64,000 bases of DNA from Bacteroides sp. (GTDB taxonomy: Bacteria; Bacteroidota; Bacteroidia; Bacteroidales; Muribaculaceae), in assembly GCA_014801985.1 (NCBI GenBank), contig JAAVDD010000010.1, forward strand, positions 35,107 to 99,106, written 5' to 3'. Under the pieces are notes generated by a model, which did not search any database, was not told the origin of the DNA, and saw nothing but the letters and a program-made list of their open reading frames with translations. Shown here piece by piece: positions 56,491-64,000 of the stretch; within the stretch, counting starts at the first letter, position 1; the number at the start of each line of letters is the position of its first letter. The translations under genes and the position numbers were made by a program.

Positions 56491-57435
56491 TTATTTGAAA
56501 AGATACTGAGAAGAGATAGATTCATTGTTATGAATCCGGCGGATGGTGTCAGCAAAGAGTTTCGCCACCGGAAGCACTGTTGCCTTCTGATTCTCCTTAA
56601 CGTATGGTATGGAATCTGTGAAGATGATTTCTGTAAGACCGCAGTTTTTCACATTTTCAGTTGCGGGATCGCTCATCACAGGATGACTGCAAAGTGCTCT
56701 TACAGACTTCGCACCATATTCAAGGATAAGGTCGCTTGCCTTGGTTATTGTGCCGGCGGTGTCAACGATATCATCCACGAGAACCACGTTCTTGTCTTTG
56801 ACATCACCAATAACGGTCATCTTGCTCACCACATTCGCCTTTGCTCTAACCTTATGGCATAGCACGAGAGGAACATCAAAATACTTAGCGTATGAATTTG
56901 CTCTCTTAGCGCCGCCCACATCAGGAGAGGCAATCACCATGTCCTTAAGCTTGAGGCTCTCAAGATAGGGAATGAAGATAGAGGAAGCGTAAAGATGATC
57001 CACGGGAACGTTGAAGAAACCCTGAATCTGGTCGGCATGAAGATCCATTGTGATGAGACGATCGATACCTGCTGTGCTAAGAAGATCGGCAACCAGCTTG
57101 GCAGCGATAGAAACACGCGGTTTATCCTTGCGGTCCTGACGGGCCCAACCAAAATATGGGATAACTGCGATAATCGACTCAGCAGATGCACGTTTTGCTG
57201 CATCAATCATCAGGAGAAGCTCCATCAGATTATCGCTGGTCGGGAACGTAGACTGCACAAGATAAACCTGTGCACCACGAATCGACTCTTCAAAACCAAC
57301 TTCAAACTCACCATCGGCAAAACGTTCTTTATTCATTTTGCCTAACTCAATGCCGAGTTCCTTGCAGATTGACTCTCCGAGATATTTCGAAGCTGTACCT
57401 GCGAAAACCTTTATCGGCGGACGGAAATCATTCAT
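56491..57435 (-). CDS. prs: Ribose-phosphate pyrophosphokinase
   Basis: FADGE, WARQDRK, DLHADQIQGFF, SPDVGG, VDDIVDTAGT. Confidence 0.97.
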   Translation of the reverse strand: MNDFRPPIKVFAGTASKYLGESICKELGIELGKMNKERFADGEFEVGFEESIRGAQVYLVQSTFPTSDNLMELLLMIDAAKRASAESIIAVIPYFGWARQDRKDKPRVSIAAKLVADLLSTAGIDRLITMDLHADQIQGFFNVPVDHLYASSIFIPYLESLKLKDMVIASPDVGGAKRANSYAKYFDVPLVLCHKVRAKANVVSKMTVIGDVKDKNVVLVDDIVDTAGTITKASDLILEYGAKSVRALCSHPVMSDPATENVKNCGLTEIIFTDSIPYVKENQKATVLPVAKLFADTIRRIHNNESISSQYLFK

Positions 57436-57461
57436 TATTTGATAGGATTGATTTGATACTG

Positions 57462-57469
57462 CAAATTTA
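57462..57469 (-). promoter_or_regulatory. -7 element for prs
   Basis: TAAATTTG on the minus strand, 26 nt upstream of the ATG. Confidence 0.55.
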
Positions 57470-57480
57470 AGATATAATTT

Positions 57481-59253
57481 TTAATTTTCCATCTTTTTTG
57501 CCATAGTTTTTTTCTCTAAGGCTTTATTTTCAGACGAAGCCTCAGTGCTCTTCTCTTCCTTATGAACCTTCAACGGGACAATCATGGCATCGTAGCCGCC
57601 GACTTTGAATCTCGCAGGTTCTCGATCGGATACAGTGAAGATTTGGCGTTTGTTCCATAACAAATCGTTGGCTTTCTGCTGACCTGTTTCTATCTTGGCC
57701 ATTCCAAGAGCAAGTTCCGGGATATTAACTTCTATCTCCTTCTCCTCGCTTTCAAAATTGGCTATCACAAGATATGCCTCTTCATCCGTATAGCGCAGGA
57801 AGGCATATTGTCTGTGAGGATTGAATTTTGGATTGAAATGATTCACATACATCAGATCAAAGAATTTACCCTTGTAGAAAGCCGGGATATCTTTGGCGAT
57901 GTGGAGCACTGTCTTATATAGTTTCCTGAGCCATTTCTCATGCTGAGTGAGCTTTGTAAGGGTGCATTTCCCATCATTATACCATCGACGGATTGTATCG
58001 TAACTCCAATAATCAAAAATGGTGGAGCGATTATTATCGCCGGCAAAACCTTCGTTATCACGTGCCATCTCTCCTAATTCCTGGCCATAATACACCATGA
58101 ATGGACCATTGGTCATCAGTGCGGATACCACCAAATATGGAGCCACCTTCATCGGGTCATTGGCAAATTCCTTTGAAGCAAACCTGACCTCGTCATGATT
58201 TTCAAGGAAATTGAGCATACTGTCGCCAAGTCCTTCTACACGCTGCCAGCAAGTTGTAAGCTGAGCGGCCGACCAGTTGAAACGCTCTATACCCACAAGA
58301 GTATCGTAAAGATTCACCTTGTCGTAGAGATAATCGAAATGACAATATTCAAGGAACGGACGATAAAGATAGATATCATATATCTCGCCGATGAAAATAA
58401 CATCAGGATAATCTTTCTTCACCTGAGGAATTGCCCAATGCCAGAATTCCTGCGGCACCATGAAGACCATATCGCAGCGGAACCCATCAACACCCTTTGA
58501 AGCCCAGAATCGCAGAATATGAAGCATCTTTAGCCATGTGTCGGGAATCGGATCATAACTTCCCTGACCATTCCAGGGATCAAGACCATAGTTGAGTTTC
58601 ACGGTCTCATACCAATCATTCTCACTGCAGAAGGCTGTGAAACAGTCATTTCCGGTTGCTTTGGCAGGAAATTCCACATAGGGTGTGTCTCCCTGCGAAC
58701 TTATGTCAAAGCCCGGTGAGAATTGCTGGTTAACTATATAATAGTAATTGTTGTTCGGATTGAAAAACATATTGTGGTCATCCGACTGTCCAAAATCTTC
58801 AATCCCGGTAGGAGCCGAATCTGAATGATACACACGAGCTGTATGATTTGGAACGAAGTCGATAAGGACCTTCAATCCCTGCTTATGGATTCTCTTCACG
58901 CATGCTTCAAACTCCTTCATTCTATTAGGCACATTCACCGCAAGACATGGAGCCACATCATAATAATCCTTTATTGCATAGGGGGAACCAGCCTCCCCTT
59001 TCACCACATTCGGGTTATCGGCAGGAATCCCCGCTTCCGGGTATGCTGTCTTGGTTGCATTCTCAATGATGCCTGTCAGCCAAATGCAGTTTATACCGAG
59101 ATCGGAGAGTGACTTCAGAAGTTTCGCCGTGATGTCATTGAGCTTTCCACTTCCATTTTGCTCAAGAGTCCCGTTGGGAACACAACCCTCCGTTGTATTG
59201 CTTAGGATTCTTGGGAAAGCCTGATAAATTATCAATTTGCCTGTATTATCCAT
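57481..59253 (-). CDS. GH13 alpha-amylase-family glycosidase (cytoplasmic)
   Basis: DFVPNH, GFRCDM, IGEI, ENHDE; no signal peptide. Confidence 0.9.
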   Translation of the reverse strand: MDNTGKLIIYQAFPRILSNTTEGCVPNGTLEQNGSGKLNDITAKLLKSLSDLGINCIWLTGIIENATKTAYPEAGIPADNPNVVKGEAGSPYAIKDYYDVAPCLAVNVPNRMKEFEACVKRIHKQGLKVLIDFVPNHTARVYHSDSAPTGIEDFGQSDDHNMFFNPNNNYYYIVNQQFSPGFDISSQGDTPYVEFPAKATGNDCFTAFCSENDWYETVKLNYGLDPWNGQGSYDPIPDTWLKMLHILRFWASKGVDGFRCDMVFMVPQEFWHWAIPQVKKDYPDVIFIGEIYDIYLYRPFLEYCHFDYLYDKVNLYDTLVGIERFNWSAAQLTTCWQRVEGLGDSMLNFLENHDEVRFASKEFANDPMKVAPYLVVSALMTNGPFMVYYGQELGEMARDNEGFAGDNNRSTIFDYWSYDTIRRWYNDGKCTLTKLTQHEKWLRKLYKTVLHIAKDIPAFYKGKFFDLMYVNHFNPKFNPHRQYAFLRYTDEEAYLVIANFESEEKEIEVNIPELALGMAKIETGQQKANDLLWNKRQIFTVSDREPARFKVGGYDAMIVPLKVHKEEKSTEASSENKALEKKTMAKKMEN

Positions 59254-59312
59254 ATATTTAAATTTTTTACCTTTTTTATACAGCTACCTGTATCTCTAAC
59301 CGATTTAATACC

Positions 59313-60128
59313 TTATTTGTTCTTTTTCAGCATCTCTTCTATCACCACACACGCCGCATCGTAACCATAGCCGATGTTCTTTCTCATCGAGGTTAGATCG
59401 AAGGTTTTTGTGTTATGGATATGCTGTGGGCGCACAACATAATCGCAAAGATTGATGTCCTGAAGCACATTTGCCTTGCTCATTAGGGTGTACGTGCGCA
59501 TTGCTACGTCAAGAATATTCTGCTTATATGAATAACTACGGTCGAGAGGGCTGCAATTGCTTCCGACCAACACCTTGCAGAAGTCACGGATTGCCCATGC
59601 CGGCAGATTGCGCAGCACTCCCCCATCGACATAGTGGTACCCATTGATTTTTACAGGATTGAAGATAATCGGAATAGAGCATGAAGCAATGACACGGGGA
59701 ACGATCTCCCCTTTACACCACCCTACCGATGTCCCTTTCTCAAGGTTTGTGGCACAGACGACTAACGGAATCTGGGTATCCTCAAGATATTTTACCGGAA
59801 GCCAACTATCGAGAAGTTTAGCAAATTTAGTAAGTCGGAAAAATCCCTCTTTAGGAAGTACCCATTGCGAGAAATCACCGAAACTACTCGAAGCGGCGAA
59901 ACATTCTATCATATCGGAAGGAGAAAGACCACAAGCATATAAAGCTGCCGCTATCGACCCGGCAGAAACCCCCGACACTATCTGAGGGCGCATACCGAAC
60001 TGTTCGAAGGCCTGGAGAACTCCGATATGAGAAAAACCTTTGGCTCCGCCACCGGCAAATGCCATTCCGAGTCGTGGCTTGGTGCGAAGTCCTATCTTTT
60101 CAAGCAATTCCTGGATGTAATTATTCAT
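59313..60128 (-). CDS. Patatin-like phospholipase
   Basis: GGGAKG, GVSAG, DGG. Confidence 0.92.
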   Translation of the reverse strand: MNNYIQELLEKIGLRTKPRLGMAFAGGGAKGFSHIGVLQAFEQFGMRPQIVSGVSAGSIAAALYACGLSPSDMIECFAASSSFGDFSQWVLPKEGFFRLTKFAKLLDSWLPVKYLEDTQIPLVVCATNLEKGTSVGWCKGEIVPRVIASCSIPIIFNPVKINGYHYVDGGVLRNLPAWAIRDFCKVLVGSNCSPLDRSYSYKQNILDVAMRTYTLMSKANVLQDINLCDYVVRPQHIHNTKTFDLTSMRKNIGYGYDAACVVIEEMLKKNK

Positions 60129-63100
60129 TCTCTTCTATTTTTTCTGTTTCTTCCCCCTCTTCTGCATCCTCTTCCTCCGGCTCCTCTTCAGCAGTTTTCT
60201 TCTTCCTGCGAAGCCAGGTGAAGGGATTGTCAAATTCTTTTCTATACACCACACCTATCCCCTGCGTGGTTAGTGATGATTTCAAATAATAGTTCTGATC
60301 GTTGAAATGGTTGTACGCCTTCAGACGCAGATTGCCATTCCGTGATAGAAGATATTCTATGTCGAAGTCTCCCACGAAAGTGGTCTGCGAAGTGCTCCTG
60401 TCTCTGTAACCGAAATTGCCGTTGATGAGCAAACGATTGTTAAGAAGTCGCGATGATAGTGAGACATCAACCTCCATATCCGAAAAATCACCTTTATCCG
60501 ATCTGAAGGAGGGGGCCAAAGTGAATTTGTCGGTCAACTGACCCATTATGTTGGTGAGCTGAGAGGAGATGGTTGAGGATGCCACGGAAGCCAATTCTCC
60601 GCCGTTGCTCGACGACCCCATATATTCTGGAGTATAGAATCGGTTGAGCGCAAGAAGATATATTATCTGTCGGCTCATCTGGTCTTCCGTTGAGATGATA
60701 CTTCTCACCTTTCGTTCCACATCACTCGTCAGTGTAGGAAGGGATAGATCAAAGGAGATATCCGGATTCTGGAGATCACCCCTCACCTTTAATAACGCAT
60801 CAACCGGCACATTCGTACGGTTAAGGTCTCGATCTGTGGAAAAACTCTTGTCAAGGTCTGAAAGATTAGTATTGACCCGATAGGCAGCCACAATATCTAT
60901 CGCTGCTGACAATGGGTCTCCATTAAAGGATATGTTACTTCCTTCTCTTATCTTAAAATCGCGAAGGATAAGTTCCTGCAAAGAGAAATTATAATTCCCC
61001 TCTACAAGAGTATATTTCCCATACATCGTCATCTCGTCAGATTCCGTATCGTAATGTATCTGAAGAGGCCCGGCCCCACGAGCGGTGATCTTATCGCCGG
61101 CATTGGGATCCATTATAAGGGTCATCTTTGCCTGTGGAGTCACAGTGGCACGAAGATCCATAGCGAACATGGTCGGCACCGATAATTCATCAGTCTGCAT
61201 CTTCTTAAATTTCTCCTCAAACGTCTCCTCCACCACTACTTTCGATTCTTCCTCTTCCTTGCGTCGGTCGGAGAAAGTAAGGAAACTATAATCGAGAGCG
61301 GTCTGTGTCTCGCTCAACACAAAGGTAAAATCTGAATTGGAATCAGTGGTCATATCCATCTCCATAGCCACTATTCCCGGACGCCCGAAGAGAGAGCCTT
61401 TCCCGGATGCATAAATAGTGCCATACCAATCAGGATTCAATGAGGCATTAGTGTCATAGCATAGCAGATTCCTGGCATCGGTCAGCTTAAATTCAAACTC
61501 CGGATCATGAAAATAACGGTGCTTCACAAACCCGGAAAACATTGCTGAGTTTCCATATCGGTCATATAACCGGAAGGAGGGTATCTCAATTCGACCGGGG
61601 TTCAGCAGTACAGAGTCGCTGCCATGGTAATAGACATTGGTGTAGTCCACCTTCATGTAGATGGAATCAGCGAAGGCGTGTCCCGTGAGATCGATATCTT
61701 TGAAGGTTCCGAAAAGTTTCACCTTCCCCGATGCTCGCCCTCCGACATCTGAAGTGAATGCCGCCATAAAAGGTTTGAGAAATTCTATGTTAATTTTCCG
61801 TGCTTCCATATCGAATGATAGGGAATCGCGAGTGACAAAGATACCGCCGTCAATTCTTGCTCCGCCAAACCCCGTCTCTGATATGTCTGCATGAATTTCC
61901 ACCTCCTTCTCCTTGTTATTCCAGAGGCTTTGTATATCTGCATCTCCCAATACAGCATCATTATACGACAGATTCTGAACCTTCAGACTGCGTGTCCGGG
62001 CGATTGGATTCTTTGTAAATACGGAGGAAGCCATAATTTCTCCCGTGGCAACTCCACCGAAGCTGACATAGTTAATATTAAGTATTCCGAATATATATTC
62101 AAGGTCGATTTCAGAAAGAGCTATATTCAGTTCATCCTCCGGATTGACAGATGCAAGCCCATCAATAGTGACAAACTGATTGTCGTGCCATATCCTTAAA
62201 CCGTCAATGTTTAGTCGTTTATCTGTATACTGCACCTGAGCCTCATCTATTTTCCATTCCGAAGGGCCAAGACTGAAGAGGGATGGATTTATGTTGACAT
62301 TAATATCCGTATGTCCGTTCACGGCATTTCGGCTCAACAGACAATCAAGTCCGATATTGCCTGTAGCGGTCTTGTTATTGTTCATATCCCATCCAAGTCC
62401 GATATGTGCCGCATCGTTAAGGACATCTATCTTGGCTTCAAGATTCATACGGTCGTTTTTCACAGGAATAGTGGTCGTTATGCTTGCCGAAGCCCCTTTC
62501 CCTCTCTCCGCTATACCATATAGCCGGGAATGGCTGATAAGTTTTTGTGTTCCCTGAAGAAGATAGGGCGCAGTAAGCTGACACTCAACTATGCCATCCC
62601 TTAAGTCAATCTTACCATTAAGATCGATATCCGTCAAGGGCCTGACTGGTAATTTTAAATATTCCGGGAATCGTTTGTCAGCATAAATCTTCACTTTAAG
62701 GTTTGCATATGCATCTTTGGAAGCCGACTTCCGGGGGCCCGTCACAAAGGAAGTGACATTATCCGCCAATATTCCCATCACGCCGGATGAGAGATCCCCT
62801 ATCTTAAAATCGCCGTCAAGAATTGCTGTCATAAAGCCGGTATCAAGCCGGAATCCTCTTGGCGACTCATTTCCGATTGTATCAGTGTCGAGCTGCTCTC
62901 TTTTCCAAGCTGTCAAGCCAATATGGTCTAACCTGATTTCCTTATTGGAAGGACGTGAAATAAGTAGATTGTCAATCTCCACATTACCCGTAATATTGTC
63001 AATATTATTTCCCTGTATGTCGGCAAGTATATTTCCCTTCACCTGCATACCATTGAATTTCGAAGGCAATCCAAAGATGTTGGGATAAAGAGAATTGATC

Positions 63101-64000
63101 TCCCCATCCACATTAAATTGCGATGCAGTCCCGGCAAGGCGGCCGGTCCCATTAATTGTTAAATCGGCCAAGGCGTCTGCAATATTCAACTCCGCATTAA
63201 TAACCTCACCGCTCTTTTCTCCTTCAACAGAGATGTCGGTGAATCGGTGATTATTGAAATCGAAATAATCCACCTCCGCATAAACCCCGCCATTGATTTC
63301 TTTCTCTTTAACAGCGATATTCCCATTTATAGAAAAAGATGTTTCTCCGAATTTATCCTTATTCAAAAGCTTTCCAAGATTAAAACCTGATGAGGAAACA
63401 TCAAATCTTCCGGCAATCCTGTTCTTCCCCTTTATCTCTCCCTCGACATCGAGTGACAGGTCTCCCAAAGAAGAGCGTATTTCACCCATGGCTGCCATCC
63501 CCCCGTCATGAAAACTGTATTTCCCGGATAAATCCATTCCGACCTCACCCGTGCGGTCTAATATGGATAAGGTATTTCCTTTGATGAAAAGACTGCCTAT
63601 CTTTTTAATTGTCTCTTCCGGGAACGATACTTTTAGATAATCCAGAGTTATGAGCAGATTCTCTTTATTCCTGAGATTCTCCACATCGGCTTGCATATCC
63701 AAGGAAAAATCGTTTCCTTTCTCTTTCAACTCAAATCGCTCAATATCCACTATATCCATATTTCCGGCAGCATTGAGTGAAATATCATAACGGTCGGATA
63801 AGTCTTTTAGGCCGGGATAGAAAAAACGATATTCTTTGGGGGATACATTCCTTGCAGCCAGTTCTATCTTGTGGGTTGAGGATTCTAAAGCTGAAGCAAT
63901 CTCCTTTAGCGAGGGATAGTCGAACGACAGATCAGCCAAAGTAATCTCCCCTTCTCCCACAATGAGACGGAAATCTTTCACTGCAAGACTACGATCGGTG
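60121..64000 (-). CDS. tamB: Translocation/assembly module TamB (DUF490) protein; 5' end lies beyond the window
   Basis: Long beta-taco-like repeats; C-terminal ISFNGDP, LLNNRLLINGNFGY, GDFDIEYLL, TQGIGVVY.KEF. Confidence 0.85.
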   Translation of the reverse strand, partial: TDRSLAVKDFRLIVGEGEITLADLSFDYPSLKEIASALESSTHKIELAARNVSPKEYRFFYPGLKDLSDRYDISLNAAGNMDIVDIERFELKEKGNDFSLDMQADVENLRNKENLLITLDYLKVSFPEETIKKIGSLFIKGNTLSILDRTGEVGMDLSGKYSFHDGGMAAMGEIRSSLGDLSLDVEGEIKGKNRIAGRFDVSSSGFNLGKLLNKDKFGETSFSINGNIAVKEKEINGGVYAEVDYFDFNNHRFTDISVEGEKSGEVINAELNIADALADLTINGTGRLAGTASQFNVDGEINSLYPNIFGLPSKFNGMQVKGNILADIQGNNIDNITGNVEIDNLLISRPSNKEIRLDHIGLTAWKREQLDTDTIGNESPRGFRLDTGFMTAILDGDFKIGDLSSGVMGILADNVTSFVTGPRKSASKDAYANLKVKIYADKRFPEYLKLPVRPLTDIDLNGKIDLRDGIVECQLTAPYLLQGTQKLISHSRLYGIAERGKGASASITTTIPVKNDRMNLEAKIDVLNDAAHIGLGWDMNNNKTATGNIGLDCLLSRNAVNGHTDINVNINPSLFSLGPSEWKIDEAQVQYTDKRLNIDGLRIWHDNQFVTIDGLASVNPEDELNIALSEIDLEYIFGILNINYVSFGGVATGEIMASSVFTKNPIARTRSLKVQNLSYNDAVLGDADIQSLWNNKEKEVEIHADISETGFGGARIDGGIFVTRDSLSFDMEARKINIEFLKPFMAAFTSDVGGRASGKVKLFGTFKDIDLTGHAFADSIYMKVDYTNVYYHGSDSVLLNPGRIEIPSFRLYDRYGNSAMFSGFVKHRYFHDPEFEFKLTDARNLLCYDTNASLNPDWYGTIYASGKGSLFGRPGIVAMEMDMTTDSNSDFTFVLSETQTALDYSFLTFSDRRKEEEESKVVVEETFEEKFKKMQTDELSVPTMFAMDLRATVTPQAKMTLIMDPNAGDKITARGAGPLQIHYDTESDEMTMYGKYTLVEGNYNFSLQELILRDFKIREGSNISFNGDPLSAAIDIVAAYRVNTNLSDLDKSFSTDRDLNRTNVPVDALLKVRGDLQNPDISFDLSLPTLTSDVERKVRSIISTEDQMSRQIIYLLALNRFYTPEYMGSSSNGGELASVASSTISSQLTNIMGQLTDKFTLAPSFRSDKGDFSDMEVDVSLSSRLLNNRLLINGNFGYRDRSTSQTTFVGDFDIEYLLSRNGNLRLKAYNHFNDQNYYLKSSLTTQGIGVVYRKEFDNPFTWLRRKKKTAEEEPEEEDAEEGEETEKIEENE

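Noticed and set aside
1-64000. rRNA, tRNA, prophage, transposase, integrase or anti-phage defence genes
   Set aside because: None recognised; nearly all long ORFs are assignable to housekeeping or envelope families.

Overview
A 64-kb core-genome window from an anaerobic Bacteroidales bacterium. The TAnnTTTG promoters, gene content and protein style suggest a Muribaculaceae-like gut lineage (inference). It holds about 49 protein-coding genes. In order: the end of an RprX/RprY-type two-component pair, plsC, divergent thiD/thiE, sodB, rsfS-ftsH, an RND efflux operon with an lpxA paralogue, cdsA, a LysM protein with a PorT-like barrel, an NSS/SNF transporter, a YpfJ peptidase, rubrerythrin, an M16 peptidase, a hemerythrin-like/LuxR pair, the ftsK-lolA-trxB-dCMP deaminase-S41-5-FTHF cyclo-ligase block, an L,D-transpeptidase, dxs-trkA-trkH, malic enzyme, nrdDG, cupin-hcp, an OM beta-barrel-padR-pspC operon, ftsY-rimO-menF-like, pepO, a PepSY-like protein, prs, a GH13 enzyme, patatin and partial tamB. 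I saw no rRNA, tRNA, CRISPR array, transposase or prophage gene. The most notable signals are: (1) a GC-rich four-way-junction RNA in the 5' leader of the NSS transporter (riboswitch candidate); (2) a PadR-type palindromic operator over the promoter of a TonB-receptor-like/padR/pspC operon; (3) an RND pump with an extra transmembrane hairpin, co-transcribed with a non-canonical LpxA; (4) a recurring ECF-type AAC-N16-CGW promoter motif upstream of stress and peptidase genes; (5) ThiD/ThiE homologues with altered catalytic motifs; (6) a 23-bp direct repeat with DnaA-box-like cores upstream of nrdD; (7) a MITE-like element after hcp. All calls come from motif recognition by eye; no database search was run.
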